Positions 1 to 8,491 of a DNA stretch of 64,000 nucleotides are shown here, in pieces. Every line of letters starts with the position of its first letter. Positions within the stretch are counted from its first letter, which is position 1. Source of the stretch: Anaerolineaceae bacterium (GTDB lineage: Bacteria; Chloroflexota; Anaerolineae; Anaerolineales; Anaerolineaceae); contig JAXGNE010000013.1 in NCBI GenBank assembly GCA_040768105.1, forward strand, positions 7,490-71,489, given 5' to 3'. The notes below the pieces were generated by a model that searched no databases, was not told the origin of the DNA, and worked only from the letters and a program-made list of their open reading frames with translations. The translations under genes and the position numbers were made by a program.

Positions 1-2
1 CT

Positions 3-548
3 TTACTTAAAATTGCCCGGGAGGCAATTATTTCTGTTGCAGATAACAAACCACCCGCCCAAATTAACGTAGGTGAACTTAGTCCAGCGCTGCAAGCGTA
101 TGCTGCTACATTTGTGACCCTGACAATAGAAGGTGCTTTACGCGGCTGCATTGGCACTCTTAAAGCCTATCAACCCCTTGCCCTAGATGTACAAGAGCAT
201 GCCATTGCTGCAGCTTTTCAAGATTATCGTTTTCCCCAAGTAACAAAATCAGAACTTCCCAAACTGCAAATTGAAATTTCTCGATTAACCCTACCTCACG
301 CCTTGATCTATGAAAATTATCAGGAATTAATCAGCAAACTGAGGCCTGATGTTGATGGGGTAGTTATTTCAGACGGCCACCGCAGTGCGACTTTCCTCCC
401 CCAAGTATGGGAAAAACTCCCCGATCCAGCAGATTTTCTGAGTCAACTGTGCCTCAAGATGGGTGCAGCACCTACCTTATGGCAGAAGCGACACTTGGAA
501 GTAAAAACCTACCAGGTCGAGGAGTTTCAAGAAGAACTGGAAAATTAA
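3..548 (+). CDS. AMMECR1 domain protein, 5'-partial (runs off window start)
   Basis: Frame is open from nt 3 with no stop. TFVTLTIEGALRGCIG and ATFLPQVWE motifs are typical of the AMMECR1 family. Confidence 0.8.
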   Translation, partial: LLKIAREAIISVADNKPPAQINVGELSPALQAYAATFVTLTIEGALRGCIGTLKAYQPLALDVQEHAIAAAFQDYRFPQVTKSELPKLQIEISRLTLPHALIYENYQELISKLRPDVDGVVISDGHRSATFLPQVWEKLPDPADFLSQLCLKMGAAPTLWQKRHLEVKTYQVEEFQEELEN

Positions 549-564
549 TTCCCGTCCTTAATTT

Positions 565-1233
565 TTATAATGTTTCTAAAACAGTTTCGCCAACCTTTGG
601 TGCATTGGAGACTTTATAAGCTTGGCCCATGAGATGATAGTAAATCAACATGCCATAGGCAGAGGTCAGCAATACGCCGATCCCACAGGCAATTGAACCG
701 AGCGGGGCAATAAAACCGCCAATAATTGAACCAAGAATAACCAATAGCCAAGCGCCAAATGAATGCTTGAGCATTGCAAACAATTCTTTGAATTTGAATG
801 CCGCGCCTAAATTCCCTTTTGCAGCATAGTTTGCTGTGGCAATCGGGATGATTAACATCATGATAATGCCGTACAAAACTGCAAATAAGCCAAAACAAGC
901 CATTAGGATGTAGAGGACAATAGTTAGGGTTTCGTTTGCATCATATAAAAAGTTACTTGAAAGACCAGCAATACCTCCAAGCACAATAATGGGCAAGGCG
1001 TAAACTAAATTGATCAAAAAAGCATTAAAACCTTTGCCCAAATCCTGCCCAAAATCTAAGGTAGGTAGGGGTAATTCAACCCCATCAATGACATTTTTCG
1101 CTGTGCGAATCATGTAACCAAGCAGGACAAATTGGCCAATAACAGGAATTAATCCGCATAAAATTGGAATAATAATCTTCTTGAACCAATTGGGATCCTT
1201 AAAAACGAAACTAAAGGCTTCTCCGAAATTCAT
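565..1233 (-). CDS. DUF4013-type polytopic membrane protein
   Basis: N-terminus MNFGEAFSFVFKDPNWFKKIIIP followed by several hydrophobic spans. AAGGAG sits 8 nt upstream of the ATG at 1233, so I prefer this start over the ORF-track start at 1266. Confidence 0.6.
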   Translation of the reverse strand: MNFGEAFSFVFKDPNWFKKIIIPILCGLIPVIGQFVLLGYMIRTAKNVIDGVELPLPTLDFGQDLGKGFNAFLINLVYALPIIVLGGIAGLSSNFLYDANETLTIVLYILMACFGLFAVLYGIIMMLIIPIATANYAAKGNLGAAFKFKELFAMLKHSFGAWLLVILGSIIGGFIAPLGSIACGIGVLLTSAYGMLIYYHLMGQAYKVSNAPKVGETVLETL

Positions 1234-1334
1234 TTTGTTATCTCCTTTATATATAGATTGACACACAAGAACTACTTTAAGATTATATTAATTTTACTAA
1301 AGATTTGAAAATTGTGAAAGTATTTAAATTTTTA

Positions 1335-1601
1335 TCACATTTGGAGAAATTCAAGCACATTAACTACAAAAATTGTTGCCCGTTTTTGTTTTGGGTCTGG
1401 AGCTGGTGAACAATTTTCACGGATAATTTCAAGGGCACGCTGGACGCGCTCGTCTTCCACACCAATGAGCAAAGTGCTCCTGCCACTCCGTAAAAATCCG
1501 CCTGTTGAAGCAATAAATGTGACCCGGAAAGATTCTTGTGTGAGCATGTGCGAAACCACGTCGTTGTCTTCATCTCGAATTATTGCAATGATCAGTTTCA
1601 T
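1335..1601 (-). CDS. PII-like cyclic-di-AMP receptor family protein (DarA/PstA, DUF970), short 88-aa paralog, copy A
   Basis: MKLIIAIIRDED...ASTGGFLRSGRSTLLIGVEDERV resembles B. subtilis YaaQ/DarA. The ATG at 1599-1601 lies 1 nt after the upstream gene stop, with GAGGAG inside the end of the upstream gene. Confidence 0.7.
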   Translation of the reverse strand: MKLIIAIIRDEDNDVVSHMLTQESFRVTFIASTGGFLRSGRSTLLIGVEDERVQRALEIIRENCSPAPDPKQKRATIFVVNVLEFLQM

Positions 1602-1602
1602 A

Positions 1603-1968
1603 TTAAATCTCCTCACAATTTTCGATTTCAACAGTAAATAAATTGACACCACCAATTGTCACAGGTGTTGGCATCGGCATCGGCAGTGGCGCGTTCTCAA
1701 TTGGGACCGCAATAAATGAGACTCTTTTACGGCAGGTTTTATTTAGAAGTTCCTTAGCCTTTTCCTGCTCTTCATGTGGAACCCCAATAAGTAATGTGGC
1801 ATTACGGCGGCCTAAAAATCCACCGACGCTTGGCAAACGCGTAACTGAAAATTGTGCATATTCCAAAACTTCGGTGGCAATATCACAATCTTGCGCCTGT
1901 ACAACCGCGATCATTAATACACAATTTTCTTTCATGGGAATATCGTCCTGTTGCTCCAAATCACTCAT
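1603..1968 (-). CDS. PII-like cyclic-di-AMP receptor family protein (DarA/PstA, DUF970), long paralog, copy A
   Basis: VLMIAVVQAQD...LPSVGGFLGRRNATLLIGV...PVTIGGVNLFTVEIE matches the full-length DarA architecture including the long loop. The start (1968 or 1935) is uncertain. Confidence 0.75.
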   Translation of the reverse strand: MSDLEQQDDIPMKENCVLMIAVVQAQDCDIATEVLEYAQFSVTRLPSVGGFLGRRNATLLIGVPHEEQEKAKELLNKTCRKRVSFIAVPIENAPLPMPMPTPVTIGGVNLFTVEIENCEEI

Positions 1969-2055
1969 TCTATACAGTTCGAAATTTAGTTTTGTTACTT
2001 AAAACAAGTATACACCAAGTTAATTGATAATTTTCAACCTTTATTGTAAGCCAGG

Positions 2056-2107
2056 TTAATCAAACCAGTTCACAACCATATCTTCTAGGTCAGACAGGTC
2101 AACTACC
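2056..2107 (-). pseudogene. 52-nt relic of the 3' end of the ycgN-like gene, carried along by the duplication
   Basis: ttaatcaaaccagttcacaaccatatcttctaggtcagacaggtcaactacc matches 3495-3546 with one mismatch. Similarity stops abruptly at 2107, where the IS remnant begins. Confidence 0.8.
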
Positions 2108-2743
2108 AGCATGAATGCCGAGAATGGATTGATCACTAGCTTAGAAGTCACCCCTGGTAATGCTTATGATGGACATCATTTCTGTTCCTTGGTTGACCAC
2201 GATTTGGATCAAAACCTGGCTGTGGAAACATACACCGCTGATAGAGGCTATGATGATGGCAATAATCATTATTACCTGGAAGTTCGCCACCTGAATTCTG
2301 CTATCCGCTTGAGAGATATTCGTACCAAGAAGAAAGACAAAAACAAACAGCCCTGGGAAGAGCTATCTGCTATGCCCGAGTATCAAGAAGGTTTGAAGCA
2401 GCGTTATAAGATAGAGCGTAAATTCGGTGAGGCTAAACAAAACCATGGGTTAGGCCGCTGCCGTTACCTGGGATTGTTGGGATATATTGTTCAAGCTTAT
2501 TTCACTGCCATGGTCCTAGATCTAAAACGCATTGTAAAGATCTTGACGGGTATCGGATTCAAGACAAACAGTACTGTGGCTATGTAACCAAGGGACTACT
2601 GTCGCTACTATTGGAAAAGAGGCAAAATAAGTCAATTTTGAAGGTTCTGATTTAGAAGAATATTGCACCATTCAACTGAAATTCAATTGATCCATCTCAG
2701 TTCTAGCATTTATCAATATTCTTGATTTATTTCAACACCCTCT
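2108..2743 (+). mobile_element. 5'-truncated IS remnant (IS5/IS1182-like) at the duplication junction
   Basis: Carries only the C-terminal part of a DDE transposase. It ends at ...atttatttcaacaccctc, directly abutting the start of copy B. That this is the IS end is inference. Confidence 0.55.
2111..2587 (+). pseudogene. DDE transposase C-terminal fragment (IS5/IS1182-like)
   Basis: YTADRGYDD...RYKIERKFGEAKQNHGLGRCRYLGL is the conserved C-terminal DDE_Tnp_1 region. The N-terminal half of the protein is missing. Confidence 0.7.
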
Positions 2744-2773
2744 TTAAAATTGTGAAGGTTAATTATTTCTTTA

Positions 2774-3040
2774 TCACATCTGGATAAATTCAAGCACATT
2801 AACTACAAAAATTGTTGCCCGTTTTTGTTTTGGTTCTGGTGCTGGTGAACAATTTTCACGAATTATTTCCAAGGCACGCTGCACACGCTCGTCTTCCACG
2901 CCAATGAGCAAAGTGCTCCTGCCACTCCGTAAAAATCCGCCTGTTGAAGCAATAAATGTGACCCGAAAAGACTCTTGTGTGAGCATGTGTGAAACCGCGT
3001 CGTTGTCTTCATCTCGAATTATTGCGATGATCAGTTTCAT
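2774..3040 (-). CDS. PII-like c-di-AMP receptor family protein, short paralog, copy B
   Basis: Differs from copy A at 3 aa (V15A, D68E, L86I) despite more frequent nucleotide differences. Same 1-nt spacing to the upstream gene. Confidence 0.7.
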   Translation of the reverse strand: MKLIIAIIRDEDNDAVSHMLTQESFRVTFIASTGGFLRSGRSTLLIGVEDERVQRALEIIRENCSPAPEPKQKRATIFVVNVLEFIQM

Positions 3041-3041
3041 A

Positions 3042-3398
3042 TTAAATCTCCTCACAATGTTCAATTTCAACCGTAAATAAATTAGCACCACCAATTGTCA
3101 CTGGTGTTGGCATCGGCATCGGTAGTGGTGCGTTCTCAATTGGGACCGCAATAAATGAGACTCTCTTTCGACAGGTTTTATTTAGAAGCTCCTTGGCTTT
3201 TTCCTGCTCTGGATGAGGCACTTTAATAAGTAAGGTTGCATTGCGTCTCCCCAAAAAACCACCTACACTCGGCAATCGGGTAACTGAAAATTGTGCATTT
3301 TCTAAAACTTCACTCGCAATATCACTATCTTGCGCTTGTACAACCGCAATCATCAATACACAATTCTCTTTTATGGGATTATCGTCCTGTTGCTCCAT
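3042..3398 (-). CDS. PII-like c-di-AMP receptor family protein, long paralog, copy B
   Basis: About 10 aa differences from copy A, and the start codon is displaced relative to copy A. Confidence 0.75.
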   Translation of the reverse strand: MEQQDDNPIKENCVLMIAVVQAQDSDIASEVLENAQFSVTRLPSVGGFLGRRNATLLIKVPHPEQEKAKELLNKTCRKRVSFIAVPIENAPLPMPMPTPVTIGGANLFTVEIEHCEEI

Positions 3399-3494
3399 AT
3401 CACTATTTCCATACAGTTCGAAATTTTGCTTGGCTTCTTAAAATAAGTATACACCAAGTTGTTTGATAATTCTCAACCTAAAACAGGTCTCGTA

Positions 3495-3935
3495 TTAATC
3501 AAACCAGTTCACAACCATATCTTCCAGGTCAGACAGGTCAACTACCTCTTCACTGACTACTTTTCCGCGAACTGAAGCGCTTACCAAATGCACGCTTTTT
3601 GGATCACCGGATACTAATGGGTGCCACCAAGGCAGCCCTACACCCTTAGCAAGCAAGCGATAGGCACAAGTCTTCGGTAACCAGTTAGCATCATGGGCAA
3701 TTTTAGCGGTAACATAAACGCAATCTGGTACATTATCATGCCGGTTTTCGTAATCAGAGCATTTGCAAGTCTCTAAGTCCAGATAACGGCAGACAACATT
3801 AGTAAAATACACAGTATCACTGTCTGGATCAGTCAACTTGAATAAGCAGCATTTGGCACAACCATCACAAACAGCTTCCCACTCCTCGGGGGAGAATTCT
3901 TCAAGTTTTTTTGTTTTCCAGAAGTCTTTTTCCAT
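3495..3935 (-). CDS. ycgN: YcgN-family (UPF0260) cysteine-cluster protein
   Basis: CDGCAKCC...CRYLD...CKCSDYENR...LPWWHPL pattern is typical of UPF0260/YcgN. Confidence 0.8.
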   Translation of the reverse strand: MEKDFWKTKKLEEFSPEEWEAVCDGCAKCCLFKLTDPDSDTVYFTNVVCRYLDLETCKCSDYENRHDNVPDCVYVTAKIAHDANWLPKTCAYRLLAKGVGLPWWHPLVSGDPKSVHLVSASVRGKVVSEEVVDLSDLEDMVVNWFD

Positions 3936-4019
3936 GCTGCTTGTTTATCCTAAAGGGTAATTCTTAGAAATGACCTTATGACGTTAAAACGAATCTTCAT
4001 TTGATTCTCTAGACTAAAG

Positions 4020-4050
4020 TTGAAGTCGATCACTTACCTTTCGGTATAAT
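4020..4050 (+). promoter_or_regulatory. Candidate sigma70-type promoter giving a near-leaderless capA-like mRNA
   Basis: TTGAAG (4020-4025), a 19-nt spacer, then TATAAT (4045-4050). Only 8 nt separate the -10 from the ATG at 4059, and there is no SD. Confidence 0.4.
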
Positions 4051-4058
4051 AACACATA

Positions 4059-5132
4059 ATGAACTCGGGCAGAATAGGTAAACTAATACAAAGATTTTTA
4101 TTAATAGTTCCCTTTATTGTTCTGGTTATTGGTTGTAATAGGCCTGAAGCACCAGTATTTAAAGCCCAGGTCGATGTGGTTCCTACCCTAACCCAAGCAA
4201 TTATGGCGCCAATAGCCACACCAGAACCTAGCATACCTGCCCCTATAAATATTGAACCTACCCTTCAAAGAAAGCTTGAATTGATGGCTGTGGGCGATAT
4301 GATGTTGGATAGGAAACCTGCTTATGCAATTAAATCCATTGGACTGCTGGCACCCTTTGAACAAGTAGCAAGCACTCTCTCCAGCGCAGACATCAGCATC
4401 GGCAACCTGGAATGCGCAATTACTGAGCGGGGTACGGCCGAGTCTAAAACATACACCTTCAGAGCCCCTACTCTCGCTTCGCAATCTCTCCAATTAGCTG
4501 GGTTTGACCTGCTTACCTTAGCCAACAATCACAGCCTTGATTATGGAGAAGTAGGTTTGATGGATACTTTAGAAGCCCTACAATCCAATCAAATTCTCAC
4601 TGTTGGCGCTGGTGAAAATAAAACCACTGCCTTTGCCCCAGTAATTATTGAGAAAAATGGGATTAAACTGGCATTCCTTGCTTACTTGGATATCCAAAGC
4701 TGGCGCTATGATTACCAAGCGTGGGAAGCAACCGATAAAGAGCCTGGAATTGCTTGGGGACATCCTGAAATCATGACCCAAGAGATTAGGAAAGCCAAAC
4801 AACTGGCTGATTTTGTGATTGTATTGATGCATTTTGGCATGGAAGGTGAATACCCTCCGACCCAGCAACAGGTTGAAACAGCCCACAATGCCATCGATTC
4901 TGGCGCACTCCTGGTGATCGGGGCACATACACATCTACTTCAACCCATAGAAGAATACAATAATGGCCTGATTGCTTACAGCCTTGGCAATTTTGTCTTT
5001 GACGGCTTTGCGAGCAATGCGAATAAATCTGCTATTTTACATGTCACTCTTTCGACAAGTGGCATAGAATCACATAAATTAATACCGGTGGAGATTGATT
5101 CACAAGGATTTCCCAACCTCGTGTTGCCGTAG
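4059..5132 (+). CDS. CapA-family (PGA_cap) metallophosphatase-like lipoprotein
   Basis: Lipobox VLVIGC. AVGDMMLDR, NLECAIT and LANNHSLDYG motifs. Confidence 0.8.
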   Translation: MNSGRIGKLIQRFLLIVPFIVLVIGCNRPEAPVFKAQVDVVPTLTQAIMAPIATPEPSIPAPINIEPTLQRKLELMAVGDMMLDRKPAYAIKSIGLLAPFEQVASTLSSADISIGNLECAITERGTAESKTYTFRAPTLASQSLQLAGFDLLTLANNHSLDYGEVGLMDTLEALQSNQILTVGAGENKTTAFAPVIIEKNGIKLAFLAYLDIQSWRYDYQAWEATDKEPGIAWGHPEIMTQEIRKAKQLADFVIVLMHFGMEGEYPPTQQQVETAHNAIDSGALLVIGAHTHLLQPIEEYNNGLIAYSLGNFVFDGFASNANKSAILHVTLSTSGIESHKLIPVEIDSQGFPNLVLP

Positions 5133-5177
5133 TTCCCCATCCAGTAATTTTTTAAATTAATGATAGTTACTATCTTT

Positions 5178-5708
5178 TTATCGATACAACTCGGGATTCT
5201 TGAAAGGAATTAATGCTAAGACTACAGCTTGCTCATAAAAGCTGCTGCGGGTCAATACATTATTGGTGAGCAAACCTACAGCACCGTTGTTTTGTTTTGA
5301 GTTTTGTGTACCGAAGACAATATCATCTGCGTCACCTAACTCTAAACCCTCATCAATTAATCTTGAGATTTCAGTCGGCAGCGTGAACATACCTGTGCGG
5401 GCTTGGCCCATTTGCGTTTTTGAAAGGATCACAACCCAGGCAAAAGCAACTTTCTGATCAGCAGAACCAGCCACCCCACCTTCAACGCCGATCCAATAAT
5501 CGCCACCAGCCAGTAATAGCTTGGCTGCTTCAGCCCGGTTGCGTGCACCAATCAATGTTTCCTGGTCGCCTAGTGGCTGAGCAGAAACGTTTGAGGGTAC
5601 CTGGACCTTTTCTAAAGTGAATTGCTCTAATGGGAACATCTTCTTAAACCCCGCTGAGACGGCTTCAGCTTTTACTGGGTTGTTTGACGCCACGACGATT
5701 TTCTTCAT
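5178..5708 (-). CDS. yjjX: Inosine/xanthosine triphosphatase (YjjX family)
   Basis: Collinear with E. coli YjjX: ASNNPVKAEAV, QPLGDQETLIGARNRA, QAVVLALIPF. Confidence 0.8.
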   Translation of the reverse strand: MKKIVVASNNPVKAEAVSAGFKKMFPLEQFTLEKVQVPSNVSAQPLGDQETLIGARNRAEAAKLLLAGGDYWIGVEGGVAGSADQKVAFAWVVILSKTQMGQARTGMFTLPTEISRLIDEGLELGDADDIVFGTQNSKQNNGAVGLLTNNVLTRSSFYEQAVVLALIPFKNPELYR

Positions 5709-5789
5709 ATTTTGTCTTTTCTTCTTGTCTAGCCCTTGTGAAGACGAATTTTAATAAGGATTTAGATCATTGAGGCTGTTACCTCTTGG

Positions 5790-6827
5790 TTAAGGAATAA
5801 TGATAAAAACATAGGTGATTTTTCCGGGTTCGATCGTGACAATACGCTCGAAAAGTTTACCCGCCACAACCGTCAAGCGATAGTCTCCCGCTGGCAAGTC
5901 TGCATGTACAAAGTTTTCATGCAACAGGGCATTCACATACAGCTGAGGATCCTCATATGTCCTAAAAAAGTATTTTTCTCCATTTACCTCACCATTCTTA
6001 TCTAGCGCTTCCAGGGTGAGCGATTTGGCAATTTCAACAACACCTGACTGACGGATTACCAAACCTGCCAGGGATCCCAAAGTCTTGCCATCTTGGGTCA
6101 CTCTTTGAGATAACCATAAAGCCGGGTTGTCAGTTTTGTAATAAGAATTTTCACCTAGGCGTACTTCAAAATGCAGGTGCGGACCAATTGCCCAGCCAGT
6201 CATCCCGACAGTACCAATTTGGTCTCCTGCGTTTACAGTGTCACCTACTGCTACACTGATGTCAAGCAAGTGCCCATAGAGCGTATAAATCGGCACCCCA
6301 AACCCTTCAATGTCATGTTCAATGATAACCAGGTTGCCGTAAAACGCCAGCGCATCCGAATAGCTTTCATCATAATCTGTACCCGCAACGATCACAAGCC
6401 CATCTGCTGCCGCTAAGACCGATGTCCCAGTAGGGTTATAAAACTCAACCCCATGGTGCGGGGCATATTTGTTGCCAGCAGTACTACCATAAGGGTAACC
6501 TACATCAATCCAATGCCGATCGTCTAAGCCAATCGGGCGCTGCAACGGCAGGGAAAGGTCAAGGTAACAATCTGCATTACGACATAAATATGGATTTTGA
6601 TTTGGAAAAGGGTTAGGAATTGCGGTTGAAATCGCTTCAAAATTGATTAACTCAAGCGCTAATTCGATCGCAGGGGTTGAGACACTCACTGGGGTAGCTG
6701 TGCTTTCCGGCTGTACAGTCTTTTTAGGTGTAATAAACCGCATCGGTTCATAAGCCACCTCGGTTGGTGGAATACTATTACAACCAACTAAACCTACCAG
6801 TAAGATCAAACTTAATAAAAGCTTCAT
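5790..6827 (-). CDS. M23-family metallopeptidase lipoprotein
   Basis: Lipobox LVGC. HHGVEF and GPHLHFEV zinc-ligand motifs. Confidence 0.85.
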   Translation of the reverse strand: MKLLLSLILLVGLVGCNSIPPTEVAYEPMRFITPKKTVQPESTATPVSVSTPAIELALELINFEAISTAIPNPFPNQNPYLCRNADCYLDLSLPLQRPIGLDDRHWIDVGYPYGSTAGNKYAPHHGVEFYNPTGTSVLAAADGLVIVAGTDYDESYSDALAFYGNLVIIEHDIEGFGVPIYTLYGHLLDISVAVGDTVNAGDQIGTVGMTGWAIGPHLHFEVRLGENSYYKTDNPALWLSQRVTQDGKTLGSLAGLVIRQSGVVEIAKSLTLEALDKNGEVNGEKYFFRTYEDPQLYVNALLHENFVHADLPAGDYRLTVVAGKLFERIVTIEPGKITYVFIIIP

Positions 6828-6851
6828 TGAAGATGCGTTGCTTGTTTTCTG

Positions 6852-8396
6852 TTAATTTTGTAATCCACTGCGCTCTTTTAGAGTTAAGTTCATATTCACT
6901 AGCAAATTTGGTGCTTCAGATTCAATTGCAGCTAACTTTGATAACAACACAGCAGGTTGTGGTTCTGTTTCAATGCCCAAACAGTTAATCCTAACGTTTA
7001 ATGCCGCCCCTTTTAATGCTGCATTGGCCAAGTTTACAGCAGCACCTGCATCTGACAGCGCATTTAGATTCCCAATTTCAGCAATTCGTACAGCTAAGCG
7101 CATCACTTGCAAAGCGTGCTGGGCTACCTGCAGGGGTATTTCTGCTGCTCTTATGGTTGCTTCATAAATCGCCGTCGAACGCGCCTGTTGTAGGGCTTCG
7201 GTTTCTTTAGGTAACCTACGCGCAGCAATTATGCCCGTATATGCGTCTGCATCTAATTGCACCGCTTCACTAAGCATATGTCTTAATTTATCTGCTTCTT
7301 CGATCATCGGCCAAATTTCTGGCTCTACTGCGGCGTATTTTGCCTTACCAACCGTCAACCTACCTACCATAGCTACCAAGGCAGCTGCCATAGCCCCAGC
7401 GTATGCACTAGCAGACCCACCACCTGGTGTAGGCGTGCCATCAGCTAAAGCATCCACCAGGCTCGCTTCCTGGTTTATTGCCCCAACCTCACTAACCTCT
7501 CCCCCAGAAAAAATCCGGGATTCCAGAAGCTGCTCACCCTCAAATTGATCTGCCTGGAGATACCACTGGGCCGCATCAATTAAAGCTTGGTTAGGCACTA
7601 GTCCAACTATTTCCGTATGATGAATCGAAACCCCGTAGCGCTGCGCTTCGCGCCGGATCATTTCGGTTACTTGCGCCATAGGAGAGCGTTTATAGTTGGT
7701 CAAGTTCATCGATACTTGGGCTAAACCTTCAACTAAAACGCCCATGGCTTTTACATACCGAAAACCACCTGAAGAATTTCTGACCCTGCGGGCAATTTTT
7801 TCAGCGATGCTGACATTATCGCTGGTGAGGTAAACGTTATAGGCAATTAAGGGATGCCGCGCACCAATTACGGTCGCACCCGCTGGTCCTAATTCAGTGG
7901 GTCCAAAATCTGGTTGTCTTAGGGGATCTGAAGCGATGATTTCTTTAAGTCCCTCAAATTGTCCCCTGCGAATCTCTTCTAAATTTTTACGTTCAGGTTT
8001 GACAGCTGCTTCTTCGTATAAATAAACCGGGATGTTTAGTGAATCTGCCACCCGCTTTCCCAGGCGGCGAGACATCTCGACACATTCCACCATGCTCACA
8101 CCAGAAATCGGGACAAAAGGAACTACATCTGTTGCTCCGATGCGTGGATGTTCGCCTTGATGAAAATTTAAGTCTATGAGTTGTGCTGCCTTTGCAATAG
8201 CTTGGTAAGCTGCTTCTTCAACTGCGTCTGGTGGACCAATAAATGTCAGCACAGTGCGGTTGTGATCTAGGTCTGAATGACGATCGAGCAGCCTGATTTT
8301 CGGAACAGACTGAATTGCCTCAATAATCGAGTCAACAACAGCGCTGCGCCTTGCTTCTGAAAAATTTGGAATACACTCAACCAGCTTGTCAACCAT
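6852..8396 (-). CDS. ftcD: Bifunctional glutamate formimidoyltransferase / formimidoyl-THF cyclodeaminase
   Basis: N-terminus LVECIPNFSEARR (formiminotransferase) plus a helical C-terminal domain of about 190 aa with GGGSASAYAGAMAAALVAMV (cyclodeaminase). Confidence 0.85.
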   Translation of the reverse strand: MVDKLVECIPNFSEARRSAVVDSIIEAIQSVPKIRLLDRHSDLDHNRTVLTFIGPPDAVEEAAYQAIAKAAQLIDLNFHQGEHPRIGATDVVPFVPISGVSMVECVEMSRRLGKRVADSLNIPVYLYEEAAVKPERKNLEEIRRGQFEGLKEIIASDPLRQPDFGPTELGPAGATVIGARHPLIAYNVYLTSDNVSIAEKIARRVRNSSGGFRYVKAMGVLVEGLAQVSMNLTNYKRSPMAQVTEMIRREAQRYGVSIHHTEIVGLVPNQALIDAAQWYLQADQFEGEQLLESRIFSGGEVSEVGAINQEASLVDALADGTPTPGGGSASAYAGAMAAALVAMVGRLTVGKAKYAAVEPEIWPMIEEADKLRHMLSEAVQLDADAYTGIIAARRLPKETEALQQARSTAIYEATIRAAEIPLQVAQHALQVMRLAVRIAEIGNLNALSDAGAAVNLANAALKGAALNVRINCLGIETEPQPAVLLSKLAAIESEAPNLLVNMNLTLKERSGLQN

Positions 8397-8491
8397 AATT
8401 CAGCACCTCACGTGTAAGATTGCTTAATTATACCAAGCGAAACTTTCGGCTAGGCGCATAAATACTTTTATGTAAAACTAATAATTTATTC

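Larger units (their letters stand above)
1306..2107. repeat. Segmental duplication unit, copy A (about 0.8 kb, offset 1439 nt from copy B)
   Basis: Aligned by eye to 2745-3546 at roughly 93-95% identity. Includes both PII-like genes and 52 nt of the ycgN-like 3' end. Confidence 0.85.
2745..3546. repeat. Segmental duplication unit, copy B
   Basis: Partner of 1306-2107. It continues into the intact ycgN-like gene. Confidence 0.85.

Noticed and set aside
407-898. ORFs 407-619 (+) and 614-898 (-)
   Set aside because: They overlap the AMMECR1 and DUF4013 genes in alternative frames and have no motifs. They look spurious.
5162-5179. gatag-tta-ctatc hairpin plus T5 after capA as a terminator
   Set aside because: The stem is only 5 bp and AT-rich, which is too weak to call.
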